A stretch of 50,125 nucleotides of DNA from an uncultured Oscillospiraceae bacterium (GCA_964425645.1 CAYRNC010000003.1:1-50125); one strand, 5' to 3'; positions 38,056 to 47,255 are shown, counted from the first letter of the stretch. Numbers and translations: made by a program. The notes: generated by a model not told the origin, from the sequence alone.

Positions 38056-39942
38056 ATGCAGATGAAATCCTATATGCTCGGAACATACGATATAATAGTG
38101 GTCGGTGCAGGCCATGCGGGATGCGAAGCCGCTCTGGCAGCTGCAAGGATGGGAAAGAGAACGCTTATACTGTCCATTAATTTGGAATCAATAGCTATGC
38201 TCGCCTGCAATCCTTCCATCGGAGGTACAGGCAAAGGCCATCTGGTGCGGGAGATCGATGCCTTAGGCGGTGAAATGGGCCTGATAATAGATAAGGCTTT
38301 CATACAAAGCAAAATGCTGAATACATCGAAAGGCCCCGCCGTTCATTCCCTTCGGGCCCAGGCAGATAAAACGATTTATCATCAGGAAATGAAAAAAGCG
38401 CTGGAAAAGGAAGCAAATCTTGACCTTAAACAGGGTGAAGTTACAGAATTGATAATTGAAGATGGGAAAGCCTCGGGCGTAATATTAAACAGCGGGGCAG
38501 CCTATAGATCAAAATGTGTCATATTGGCCACAGGGACGTTCTTGGGAGGCCGAATTTTCATAGGAGAATACAGTTATGAGGGCGGGCCCGGCGGCATGTC
38601 TCCATCCATACGGCTTGCGCACCATCTGAAGGAGAAAGGCTTTGCAATGCGCCGTTTTAAAACCGGTACTCCTGCAAGGGTCCTTGGAACGTCATTGGAT
38701 TATTCAAAAATGACAGAACAGCCCGGTGATAAAGCAATCGTGCCTTTTTCTTTTATGAACGAAAAGCTGGAGTCGAGACAAACTTCCTGTTGGCTTACGT
38801 ACACAAACAAAATGACACATGAATTGATAAGAGAGAATTTTTCACGCTCTGCCCTGTTTGGTGGTCAGATAGAGGGTGTCGGTCCGAGATATTGCCCTTC
38901 CATAGAGGATAAGGTGAATAGATTTTCTGATAAGGAGCGGCATCAATTGTTTATTGAGCCTGAAGGCTTGTCCACGTGCGAAAAATACGTTCAAGGCCTA
39001 TCGACAAGTCTTCCTGAGGATGTGCAGGAAATGTTTTATCATACCGTTACAGGATTGGAGAAATGCAAAATTGTGCGGCCTGCCTATGCTATAGAATATG
39101 ATTGCATCGATCCGATGGAGCTCGGGCTCAGCCTAGAGCATCGCAATATAGACTGTCTTTTTTGTGCCGGGCAGTTTAACGGCAGCTCCGGCTATGAAGA
39201 AGCGGCGGCCCAGGGCTTGATGGCAGGAATAAATGCAAGCCTGAGGATTGATGATAAGGATCCCTTCATACTCGACAGATCCGTCGCATATATAGGGGTA
39301 CTGATAGATGATCTTATAACTAAAGGAACAGATGAGCCGTATAGAATGATGACGTCCAAAGCAGAATACAGGCTATTTCTAAGGCAGGACAATGCTGAAC
39401 AAAGGCTCACCGAAAAAGGACGCAATGTGGGCCTGGTAAATGATGAGCGCTATAGTGCATATGTTCAAAGAAGCAAAGCTGCAAGCGATGAATCAGTGCG
39501 CCTTTCCTCCACCTTTGTCTTTCCTTCGGATGTAAATGGGTTTCTTAAAAACATAGGCAGCGCCCCCGTTAAAAACAAAATATCCCTGGAAGAACTACTT
39601 CGGCGCTCGGAGCTTACCTATGAGAACATAGCCCCGATTGACCCGGGACGGGAGCCGCTTTCCCGCCATGTGGTGACGTCGGTGGAAGTCAATATTAAAT
39701 ATGAAGGCTATATTGCGAAGCAAAAGCTGCAGATTGAAAGGTTTCAAAAGCTGGAAAGCAAATGCATCCCAAAGGATATGGATTATGGTAATCTAGAAGG
39801 GCTCAGGATAGAAGCAAGGCAGAAACTTGCCGGTGTCAAACCGCATTCAATCGGACAAGCCGGCCGGATACCGGGGGTATCGCCCGCAGATATTAATGTA
39901 CTTTTAATTCATTTGGAGCGAATGAGGCGGGAAAGACGATAA
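38056..39942 (+). CDS. mnmG: tRNA uridine 5-carboxymethylaminomethyl modification enzyme MnmG (GidA)
   Basis: [19 protein letters not shown] motif, [11 protein letters not shown], and 628-aa length. Confidence 0.97.
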   Translation: MQMKSYMLGTYDIIVVGAGHAGCEAALAAARMGKRTLILSINLESIAMLACNPSIGGTGKGHLVREIDALGGEMGLIIDKAFIQSKMLNTSKGPAVHSLRAQADKTIYHQEMKKALEKEANLDLKQGEVTELIIEDGKASGVILNSGAAYRSKCVILATGTFLGGRIFIGEYSYEGGPGGMSPSIRLAHHLKEKGFAMRRFKTGTPARVLGTSLDYSKMTEQPGDKAIVPFSFMNEKLESRQTSCWLTYTNKMTHELIRENFSRSALFGGQIEGVGPRYCPSIEDKVNRFSDKERHQLFIEPEGLSTCEKYVQGLSTSLPEDVQEMFYHTVTGLEKCKIVRPAYAIEYDCIDPMELGLSLEHRNIDCLFCAGQFNGSSGYEEAAAQGLMAGINASLRIDDKDPFILDRSVAYIGVLIDDLITKGTDEPYRMMTSKAEYRLFLRQDNAEQRLTEKGRNVGLVNDERYSAYVQRSKAASDESVRLSSTFVFPSDVNGFLKNIGSAPVKNKISLEELLRRSELTYENIAPIDPGREPLSRHVVTSVEVNIKYEGYIAKQKLQIERFQKLESKCIPKDMDYGNLEGLRIEARQKLAGVKPHSIGQAGRIPGVSPADINVLLIHLERMRRERR

Positions 39943-39958
39943 AGGGGGAAGCCGAAAG

Positions 39959-40669
39959 GTGGAAGTTTTAATCAGGGCCATGGACATCCTGAACATCCCA
40001 TACGACGGGTCAACCCTGAAGAAATTTTATCTTTACAGAGAAAAAATACTTGAACGAAACAGGGTTGTTAACCTTACGGCAATAAATGATCCCGAACATT
40101 TTGAAATAAAGCATTTCGTGGATTCACTTTTGTGCTGCATTCATCCCCAATTTTCAAAAAGCAGTCACATAGCCGATATAGGTACTGGAGCGGGTTTTCC
40201 CGGCATCCCCCTAGCTGTATGTTTTAAGGATAAAGAATTTACGCTCATTGACTCCCTTTATAAACGAATTAAAATTATAGAGCAAATCGCCAGGGAGTTA
40301 AATATTAACAATGTCAGATTCATACACGGAAGAGCAGAAGACCTAGGTAGGGAAAAAGGACATCGAGACAGCTACGACATTGTGCTTTCAAGGGCTGTTG
40401 CCGATTTGAAAGTTCTTTCTGAATATTGCCTGCCGTTTGTAAAGGTGGAAGGACTGTTTGGTGCATATAAATCATTGAATTCCCAACATGAAACGGAGGA
40501 AAGTCAAACTGCTGTTAAGCTGCTCGGAGGAAAGTTTGAACGTTGCACTTCCGTTCCGATAAAGGGAGCAGATCTTCCCCATATGATCGTATGGGTTAAA
40601 AAGGTAAGGGAGACGGCTGCGAAATATCCCAGAAAAGCAGGAATGCCCGTGAAGAAACCTTTAATATAG
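39959..40669 (+). CDS. rsmG: 16S rRNA (guanine527-N7)-methyltransferase RsmG
   Basis: NLTAI, DIGTGAGFPGIPLA and SRAVA motifs. GTG start. mnmG-rsmG synteny. Confidence 0.92.
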   Translation: MEVLIRAMDILNIPYDGSTLKKFYLYREKILERNRVVNLTAINDPEHFEIKHFVDSLLCCIHPQFSKSSHIADIGTGAGFPGIPLAVCFKDKEFTLIDSLYKRIKIIEQIARELNINNVRFIHGRAEDLGREKGHRDSYDIVLSRAVADLKVLSEYCLPFVKVEGLFGAYKSLNSQHETEESQTAVKLLGGKFERCTSVPIKGADLPHMIVWVKKVRETAAKYPRKAGMPVKKPLI

Positions 40670-40690
40670 CGTATTAAGGGTTTTTTTGTA
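40655..40690 (+). terminator. Intrinsic terminator after rsmG
   Basis: 12-bp stem AAACCTTTAATA/TATTAAGGGTTT with one G-U pair and loop TAGCG, which contains the rsmG stop codon. Followed by TTTTGTATT. Confidence 0.65.
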
Positions 40691-40752
40691 TTATGCTTTT
40701 AGTTTCCCCAAGGACAAGCTCCCTGTAAAATGAAGAAAAGGGGGTTGTTCGT

Positions 40753-41544
40753 ATGTTTTTAAGGAACCGCAACAGTCAGATGGATATTCCGGTAGATCGA
40801 ATACTTATTAATCCGGACCAGCCCAGAAAGGCATTTCCGGATAAAGAGTTGGAGGAGCTTGCAAGTTCAATTCGGGAGTTCGGTGTCATACAGCCTATCA
40901 TCGTAAAAAGATCGGGAGAAGAATATATTCTTATTGCAGGTGAACGCAGACTTAGGGCTTCAATTATGGCCGGACATAATAAAATCCCTTCCATTATTCG
41001 TGAAGCTGATGAAAAAGATATGGCATTAATAGCCTTAGTGGAAAATGTGCAAAGGGAAAATCTCAGTTTCATAGAAGAGGCTTCGGCATATAGGAGTTTA
41101 ATGTTGGATTATGGTCTGACACAGGATGAAATTGCAAAAAAAGTAGGGAAACAGCAATCTACTATTTCAAACAAAATTCGGCTATTGGCCTTGCCGGATG
41201 AACTGATCGCCGCAATTACCGAAAACAGACTCACTGAGCGCCATGCCCGTGCACTCCTCAAAGTGAACGACAACATTCAAAGAAAGCACATACTTGAGAA
41301 AATTATCTCCCACGGTTTGAATGTTAAACAGACAGAAAAGCTGATAGTTGATTTTCTTGAAAAAACCGAAGAGGAACGCAGGAAGGCAGAAAAACTGCGT
41401 TTTATAAGTTACAAAATATACATAAATACCATAAAAAAGGCATTTTCCACCATTCAGGAAATCGAAACGGCTGCGGAATATCATCAAAACGATAAAGGTG
41501 ATCATTTGGAAATCCGAATATTGATTCCGAAAAAAGCAGGGTAG
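40753..41544 (+). CDS. noc: ParB/Noc-family nucleoid-associated protein (Noc-like ParB paralog)
   Basis: 263 aa with ParB N-terminal box (NPDQPRK, GVIQPIIV, IAGERRLRAS) and an HTH (LTQDEIAKKVGKQQSTISNKIRLL). Positioned rsmG-noc-parA-parB as in Bacillus. Confidence 0.7.
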   Translation: MFLRNRNSQMDIPVDRILINPDQPRKAFPDKELEELASSIREFGVIQPIIVKRSGEEYILIAGERRLRASIMAGHNKIPSIIREADEKDMALIALVENVQRENLSFIEEASAYRSLMLDYGLTQDEIAKKVGKQQSTISNKIRLLALPDELIAAITENRLTERHARALLKVNDNIQRKHILEKIISHGLNVKQTEKLIVDFLEKTEEERRKAEKLRFISYKIYINTIKKAFSTIQEIETAAEYHQNDKGDHLEIRILIPKKAG

Positions 41545-41607
41545 CGAAACCCTGAAAACAAGGCTGAAACAATAATTATCCCCGTTGCAGGCCTATCAGA
41601 TCAGGAA

Positions 41608-41623
41608 TGTTTCACGTGAAACA
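41608..41623. promoter_or_regulatory. parS site, perfect consensus (TGTTTCACGTGAAACA)
   Basis: Exact 16-bp parS palindrome, nested in a 26-bp perfect palindrome AGGAATGTTTCACGTGAAACATTCCT (41603-41628) followed by TTTATTAT. Confidence 0.85.
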
Positions 41624-41647
41624 TTCCTTTTATTATCAGGAAATATC

Positions 41648-41676
41648 TTGTTAGATCATATAACACTGTATATAAT
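41648..41676 (+). promoter_or_regulatory. Putative sigma-A promoter of parA-parB (TTGTTA-N17-TATAAT)
   Basis: The -35 element is at 41648-41653 and the -10 element at 41671-41676, with a 17-nt spacer, 46 nt upstream of the parA TTG start. Confidence 0.55.
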
Positions 41677-41722
41677 GAAAACAACCGGTTCTAATGAAGC
41701 AGGCAAGAAAGGGTGATAATCT

Positions 41723-42496
41723 TTGGGGAAGGCGATAGCGATTTTCAATCAAAAGGGTGGGGTTGGCAAAACTACCACTAATATAAATCTGGCAGCCTGT
41801 CTCGCCATGAGAGGCCAAAAAATACTTATATTGGATATAGATCCGCAGGGAAACACAACCAGCGGTGTGGGAATTTCAAAAAAAGGTCTGTCTAAAACTA
41901 CCTATGAGGTGCTCATAGATGAAGATATACATCCTAGGGATGCAATCCTTCCCACCGGAGTCAGGAATCTGGATATTCTTCCTGCAAGCGTTCAGCTCGC
42001 GGGGGCAGAAATAGAACTGGTGCAGTTAGAGGGCAGAGAAAAAAGACTTAAGAAAGCCATAGACAAGATTAAGGACAATTATAATTACATATTTATAGAC
42101 TGTCCCCCGTCCCTCGGTTTGCTGACCATAAACTCTTTAACTGCCGTGGACAGCGTGTTGATACCGATACAGTGCGAGTTTTATGCGCTTGAGGGAGTTA
42201 GTCAGCTGATGAGCACCATTGAGCTTGTAAAAAAGAATCTCAACAAAGATTTAAAAATACAAGGGGTTATCCTGAGCATGTTTGACGGCAGAACCAATCT
42301 GTCAATCCAGGTCGTCGAGGAGGTAAAAAAGTATTTCAGGGATAAGGTCTACACCACAGTGATTCCAAGAAATGTCAGGCTGGCCGAAGCCCCCAGTTAC
42401 GGAATACCCATCACGGAATATGATCCTAGATCTAAAGGGGCCGCCGCCTACATGGAATTCGCTTTAGAGTTTCTAGAGTTGGAAGGAAAAGCGTGA
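41723..42496 (+). CDS. parA: Chromosome partitioning ATPase ParA/Soj
   Basis: Deviant Walker A NQKGGVGKTTT. 257 aa. TTG start preceded by AAAGGGTGA. Confidence 0.95.
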   Translation: MGKAIAIFNQKGGVGKTTTNINLAACLAMRGQKILILDIDPQGNTTSGVGISKKGLSKTTYEVLIDEDIHPRDAILPTGVRNLDILPASVQLAGAEIELVQLEGREKRLKKAIDKIKDNYNYIFIDCPPSLGLLTINSLTAVDSVLIPIQCEFYALEGVSQLMSTIELVKKNLNKDLKIQGVILSMFDGRTNLSIQVVEEVKKYFRDKVYTTVIPRNVRLAEAPSYGIPITEYDPRSKGAAAYMEFALEFLELEGKA

Positions 42497-43374
42497 TGGG
42501 TGCAAAGAAAAGCAGGGGCCTGGGAAAAGGTTTAGAAGCTTTATTTGAAAATGCGGAAGTCAGGGTCAGCGATAACGATGATATAAATGCTAACAGGATA
42601 GTGTTTATCGATATACATAAACTTAAACCGAATGCCGACCAGCCAAGAAAGTATTTTGATAATGATAAAATAGAGGAATTGGCGTTATCCATTGAAAAAC
42701 ACGGAGTCATACAGCCGGTTTTGGTTCAAAATATTGAACAGGGTTATGAGATCGTAGCAGGCGAAAGGCGTTGGAGGGCGGCAAGAAGGGCAGGGCTGAA
42801 AGAAATCCCGTGCATCGTCAAAGAATTTGACAAAGATGAAGGCGTATTGATTGCGCTGATAGAAAACATTCAAAGAGAGGATTTAAATGCTATTGATGAG
42901 GCTGAAGGCATAAATGCGATAGTTATGAATTACGGTCTTACACAGGAGGACGTATCAAAGAGCATCGGAAAAAGCCGCTCTTATATTGCAAATTCACTGC
43001 GTCTGCTGAATTTGTCAAACGCAGTGAAGGAACTCATCATCGCCGGTAAGCTTACAGGAGGGCATGGCAAGGCTCTTGCAGGTATAAAAGATCTGATGCA
43101 GCAGGAGGAGGCGGCGAAAAAATGTGTAACCTCCAACTGGTCTGTAAGGGACATAGAAGGTTATATACGGGATCTTGATAAAAATTCTCGGAAGATAAAA
43201 ACGGGGAAAAGAAGCAAAAGCAGGGAGATCGTTTCAATTGAGGATGAGCTGAAAAGAATGTTAGGAACTAAAGTAAGCATTTCATTAGGAAAAACGAAAG
43301 GTAAAATAGTAATCGACTGCTACGGCAAAGAAGAGCTGGATCGTTTGATAGAAATGCTAAAATCTCTCAGTTAA
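42493..43374 (+). CDS. parB: Chromosome partitioning protein ParB/Spo0J
   Basis: RGLGKGLEAL, PNADQPRK, VAGERRWRAA and an HTH (LTQEDVSKSIGKSRSYIANSLRLL). 4-nt overlap with parA. Confidence 0.95.
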   Translation: MMGAKKSRGLGKGLEALFENAEVRVSDNDDINANRIVFIDIHKLKPNADQPRKYFDNDKIEELALSIEKHGVIQPVLVQNIEQGYEIVAGERRWRAARRAGLKEIPCIVKEFDKDEGVLIALIENIQREDLNAIDEAEGINAIVMNYGLTQEDVSKSIGKSRSYIANSLRLLNLSNAVKELIIAGKLTGGHGKALAGIKDLMQQEEAAKKCVTSNWSVRDIEGYIRDLDKNSRKIKTGKRSKSREIVSIEDELKRMLGTKVSISLGKTKGKIVIDCYGKEELDRLIEMLKSLS

Positions 43375-43393
43375 AGCCGACTGCAGGATCTGT

Positions 43394-43409
43394 TGTTTCA
43401 CGTGGAACA
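43394..43409. promoter_or_regulatory. parS site with one mismatch (TGTTTCACGTGGAACA)
   Basis: 15 of 16 positions match consensus TGTTTCACGTGAAACA. Located 20 nt after the parB stop, just upstream of the RBS of the next gene. Confidence 0.7.
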
Positions 43410-43425
43410 TTTGGGAGGAAATCGG

Positions 43426-44538
43426 ATGCCTATATTCAAGGATCAAGGCTTGATGTATGAGGTCATTGAAAACATGCGGTCAATGGTCAGGGTAATAGAT
43501 GATAAAGAATATATAAAATACATGAATAAAAGCATGCGCGAAGAATTTGGCGACAAAACGGGAAGAAAATGCTTCTCCATGCTTGAAAGAGGTGAAAGCT
43601 GTGAGGATTGCGTCAGTTTAAAATGCATAGGCAGCAAAAGACCGGAATCAAAGGATGTTCACTTCGGAGAAAAGTGTTACAGAATTATAGCTTCGCCTGC
43701 AAAGATTACCGAGGATTTATTTTATTCAATAGAAATATTCCATGACATTACAGAACAAAAGAAACTGGAATCCGAATCAGCAAGGCATTATGAAAAACTG
43801 TTAGGCGATATAAGTTTTGCAAAGCAGATACAAAGAAAAGTTCTGCCGAAGAATAAGGTATATTGGAATTCGCTTAAAATAGAATCATCATATTTGCCGA
43901 GTGAAGATTTAAGCGGCGATATCTTTGACATAATCGGATTAGACGACGGCAAATGTCTGTTTTATATAGCGGATGTGTCGGGGCATGGAGTCAGATCCTC
44001 TTTGTTGACGATGTTTCTTCGTCAGGTTGTTCGGGGCATGAAGGCTGCAGCGGCAGACCTCACCGCGCTTTTGGAGGAGCTTTTGAAAAGTTACCGGGAT
44101 CTCAACCTTGACAGCGAGCAGTATATATCTGTTCTTTGCGGCCTTTACAATCGAAACACCAGGGGGTTATCCGTAATAAATGCGGGTCATAATTGTCTTC
44201 CCCTTGTAATTGAATCGTCTGACGAAGAAGTTATCATAAAGGAGATATTCGTTAAAGGAATGCCCATTTGCCGGCTGCTGAACAGTTCAAACCATGAAAT
44301 TCAATTTCTTCAGATGGAAAAGGGCGACAGGATATTGCTTTATACGGACGGCATTACAGAGGCTGCAGATTCAAAGACCGGTAAAAGATTCGGACTTGAG
44401 GGTATATATAAAACAATTAAAGACGGTGATTCCCAAAATGAGCTTAGCCTGGCAGACAGGATAACGGAGAATGCAAAAGCATTCGGAGGATCCTCTACCC
44501 ACGATGATATGGCTGCCATATCGATTGAAATTCTTTAG
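43426..44538 (+). CDS. PAS-domain PP2C-type serine phosphatase (SpoIIE/RsbU/RsbP family)
   Basis: Start set to the ATG at 43426 (MPIFKDQ), preceded by GGGAGGAAATCGG. N-terminal PAS-like domain containing C-x9-C-x2-C-x4-C (CFSMLERGESCEDCVSLKC). C-terminal PP2C motifs (LSGDIFD, ADVSGHGV, LYTDGITEA, DDMAAI). Confidence 0.8.
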   Translation: MPIFKDQGLMYEVIENMRSMVRVIDDKEYIKYMNKSMREEFGDKTGRKCFSMLERGESCEDCVSLKCIGSKRPESKDVHFGEKCYRIIASPAKITEDLFYSIEIFHDITEQKKLESESARHYEKLLGDISFAKQIQRKVLPKNKVYWNSLKIESSYLPSEDLSGDIFDIIGLDDGKCLFYIADVSGHGVRSSLLTMFLRQVVRGMKAAAADLTALLEELLKSYRDLNLDSEQYISVLCGLYNRNTRGLSVINAGHNCLPLVIESSDEEVIIKEIFVKGMPICRLLNSSNHEIQFLQMEKGDRILLYTDGITEAADSKTGKRFGLEGIYKTIKDGDSQNELSLADRITENAKAFGGSSTHDDMAAISIEIL

Positions 44539-45086
44539 TCTGCGCTTCTCGCCTGCTTTATGCCCATGTTGGCCAGGGCATCGGCTCTGTTGTTGCGTTC
44601 CGTAACATGCTCAAAATCTTTCATGGTAAAGCTGTCGCCGTTCCATTCCGTGAATTTGAGAAAAAGAGCCTTTTTATCGACGGATTTACTTTGCAGGTTT
44701 ACATGTCCTTTTACGCGAAAAAAATATATTTGATGTACATCAAGATAGTGCAGAAGTGCCTCCCACAAGTCACGATTTTCAACCCCGGTTTTTTTAGAGG
44801 TTTTCCAATTGCTTTTAATCCAATTTAAATACCATTTCTGTCGAAAGCAATTTACTAAATAGGAGCTGTCGGAAAAGGCCCATACCACCATGCCTTTTTT
44901 CGTAATGGCCTGAAGACCCTTAAGGAGCGCAGTCATCTCCATTCGGTTGTTTGTGGTGTTTCTTTCGCCGCCGAACAGCTCCTTTGTATGGTTTCCGTAC
45001 TCCAATATTGCGCCCCAGCCTCCGATGTTATATTCGTCTTGATTGCCGGCACAAGCTCCGTCTGTGTGTATAAAAATTCGTTTCAT
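44535..45086 (-). CDS. rnhA: Ribonuclease HI
   Basis: IHTDGACAGNQ, NNRMEMTAL, SDSSYL and NNRADALA motifs (the DEDD catalytic set). Confidence 0.85.
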   Translation of the reverse strand: MKRIFIHTDGACAGNQDEYNIGGWGAILEYGNHTKELFGGERNTTNNRMEMTALLKGLQAITKKGMVVWAFSDSSYLVNCFRQKWYLNWIKSNWKTSKKTGVENRDLWEALLHYLDVHQIYFFRVKGHVNLQSKSVDKKALFLKFTEWNGDSFTMKDFEHVTERNNRADALANMGIKQARSAD

Positions 45087-45137
45087 AGCACCCCCTGCGA
45101 GTTTTTAAAACTAAATGTAAAGCGATCTTAAATCGCG

Positions 45138-45154
45138 TGTAATATAATTGTAAC
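45138..45154 (+). promoter_or_regulatory. Candidate WalR binding site (TGTAAT-ATAAT-TGTAAC) in the rnhA / secreted-protein-yycHI intergenic region
   Basis: Exact match to the published WalR consensus TGTWAH-N5-TGTWAH. A third hexamer, TGTAAA, lies at 45116-45121. A -10-like TATACT at 45165-45170 lies 10 nt downstream, placing the box over the -35 region. Confidence 0.45.
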
Positions 45155-45261
45155 AAATCTGCGATATACTTATTTTGGACGAGAAACATTGCCGTCACGA
45201 TGATTCGTATACATATCATAACATATGAAAACCGATATTAACAGAGAGGAGGCGATTTACG

Positions 45262-45792
45262 GTGAGAATAAGAGTTCTGGCGACAGTCATTTTTATTATA
45301 ATGCTTTGCGGAACAGCCTCGGCATTTGCGGCATCCGACCCAGCAGTCACAATCGTAAGTCCGTCCCAGGCCGTATACGGGGATAGTCTTTTGATTTCTA
45401 TAAAAATAACAGCGCAAAAGACGATTCGGATTTCCCTATACGAAGAAAAGGAAAAGGTAGGAGATAAACTGATATCTATAGATCCCTCATCCGGGAACAG
45501 TTTAGGCGAAAAATCTTTATACAGCGTTTCAATCATGACCCCGGAGACTTTTAAAGGGAAAAACAATCTTCAATTCTATAGCAAGCAGATAAGCGACGTT
45601 ACCCCGGGGTTGTACAGGGTGAAGGCAGATACCCTTGATACTGTGGGAGCTGTAACGGCCTCATCTGACTCCAGGTTTATTGTGATGCCTAAAGAAAGCG
45701 AGACCGCAGAGGGAAGCGCCATATTTGAGACACAGCAAACGGGCGCCTTCCAATGGGTACAGAATTTGCTTAAAAGTATCTTTGGAAATTAA
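45262..45792 (+). CDS. Secreted hypothetical protein with a signal peptide
   Basis: 176 aa with GTG start and RBS GAGAGGAGG. Signal peptide MRIRVLATVIFIIMLCGTASAFA|ASDP, then a beta-rich mature part. I recognise no family. First gene of the yycH-containing cluster. Confidence 0.55.
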   Translation: MRIRVLATVIFIIMLCGTASAFAASDPAVTIVSPSQAVYGDSLLISIKITAQKTIRISLYEEKEKVGDKLISIDPSSGNSLGEKSLYSVSIMTPETFKGKNNLQFYSKQISDVTPGLYRVKADTLDTVGAVTASSDSRFIVMPKESETAEGSAIFETQQTGAFQWVQNLLKSIFGN

Positions 45793-45807
45793 AGGCGGCG
45801 CAATGCC

Positions 45808-47247
45808 ATGAACAGACCGAAGGGTACAGAAGGGTTAAAGACGATATTGATAATAGCATTGTTTTTTTCGACAATGCTATTATTATATTTCAATTGGGGC
45901 TATCCTGATATAAAGGCTTTTCGCATTCTTCATCTGGTTTCCGAAGAGGATGTTGTCGAAGCCCCTGCAATTAAAGAAGTGGTGCATCCTTTGGATGTGG
46001 TGGTTAACTTCGGGGCAGGTACCTATGCTCGATTGGGGTGGGGTCAATTTGATTCCTGGAACGAGTGTGTAGCTGCACTGGCATATTATAGCCGGGGAAA
46101 TATGGTTTTGGTAGAAGAAATTACTTTATCACAGTATGATAAAATAATGGATTTCCGCTCAATTCGTTTCGATTTTCAGTACGGGATCCCTTTTAACTCT
46201 TTCTGCAGGCATTACGATATAGCATCTGTTCAGGGGTTTGGACAAATTGAAACATTCAGTGAGGTAGGATACTCATTGGGAAGCCCCGAAAGCATCTTCA
46301 TTGCAGATAAAATTAAAGGTAAGTATTACAGAATAGTGTCAAGCGAACAGGTTTCCCGCCTAAGCGCATTGATATCCGCTGCAGAAAAGGCAGATTATAT
46401 AACCTGCTATCCGATCGGCACATTTGTCGGCACTGGCGGAAAGACAATTATTCCTTTAACCTTTGAAAGCAGGTTGGCGAGCATAGGTTTCGAACCTGAA
46501 CTGTCGGGCAGGAACGGGGCCCGCATCCGGGAATTTGCCGAGATTTTTTTTGGAGAGAGCTTCGATTTTGTAAGAAGGATAGAAGAAAGCAAGGGTACTC
46601 TCATTTATATGTACGGCTACGGCGGTAAGGTGCTCACTATAAATCCGGACGGAAGTGCGGAATATAAGGAGAAAATCGGGGTTGGCAGCGGCCAGCACGA
46701 TTATTTTGAAAGCCTCGGGGGAGCATTGCAATTTGTGGCATCTCACGGAGGTTTTAATTCTAGAGGGGATTTGATTCCTTATTTAAAGGAATCGAAGCTG
46801 ATAGATAAAGATAAGAAAAAGGGATATGTCTTTATTTTCGGAATGAGGATTTCCGATGAAAGCCTGTACAGTGTGGGAAGTGAAATCATCAGCGTTGAAA
46901 TTATAGGCGGACAGGTAATCAACTATAAGAGAAATATGATCACTATTGATGGCTATGATAAGACTATGACGAAAGAAACTTATTCTGCTATAAACATGCT
47001 TGCAAAAAACTATCAGTATATTAATTCGGTTCTCTTATCGGAAGGTTATAAGTCAAGCCCTGAAAAGGGAGAGGCGTTGTTTGATTATATTTCTGAAAGA
47101 ATACTGCTGGTAAAGACAGGTTATGTAAGGCCTGTTGAAGGCAATGAGCTCATCCCCTCTTTTGTTGTTGTGGTTGAAGACATAACATTTTATTTTGATC
47201 TGTTCGATGTGGAGCCGCTCGGATATAATAAAAGCGGCGGAATTTAG
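45808..47247 (+). CDS. yycH: YycH-family regulator of WalK (membrane-anchored extracytoplasmic protein)
   Basis: 479 aa with a single N-terminal TM helix (LKTILIIALFFSTMLLLYF) and a large external domain. Positioned immediately upstream of yycI-walJ-htrA-rlmH, as in the Bacillus wal operon. Confidence 0.55.
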   Translation: MNRPKGTEGLKTILIIALFFSTMLLLYFNWGYPDIKAFRILHLVSEEDVVEAPAIKEVVHPLDVVVNFGAGTYARLGWGQFDSWNECVAALAYYSRGNMVLVEEITLSQYDKIMDFRSIRFDFQYGIPFNSFCRHYDIASVQGFGQIETFSEVGYSLGSPESIFIADKIKGKYYRIVSSEQVSRLSALISAAEKADYITCYPIGTFVGTGGKTIIPLTFESRLASIGFEPELSGRNGARIREFAEIFFGESFDFVRRIEESKGTLIYMYGYGGKVLTINPDGSAEYKEKIGVGSGQHDYFESLGGALQFVASHGGFNSRGDLIPYLKESKLIDKDKKKGYVFIFGMRISDESLYSVGSEIISVEIIGGQVINYKRNMITIDGYDKTMTKETYSAINMLAKNYQYINSVLLSEGYKSSPEKGEALFDYISERILLVKTGYVRPVEGNELIPSFVVVVEDITFYFDLFDVEPLGYNKSGGI

Positions 47248-47255
47248 GGGATAAA

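Noticed and set aside
43396-43417. A sigma-B-like promoter GTTTCA-N12-GGGAGG upstream of the PP2C phosphatase.
   Set aside because: The GGGAGG is the ribosome-binding site 8 nt before the start codon. A transcript starting after it could not be translated. The GTTTCA is part of parS.
43393-43425. A TTG start at 43393 for the PP2C gene (MFHVEHLGGNR...).
   Set aside because: These codons are the parS site itself plus the GGGAGG RBS that serves the ATG at 43426.
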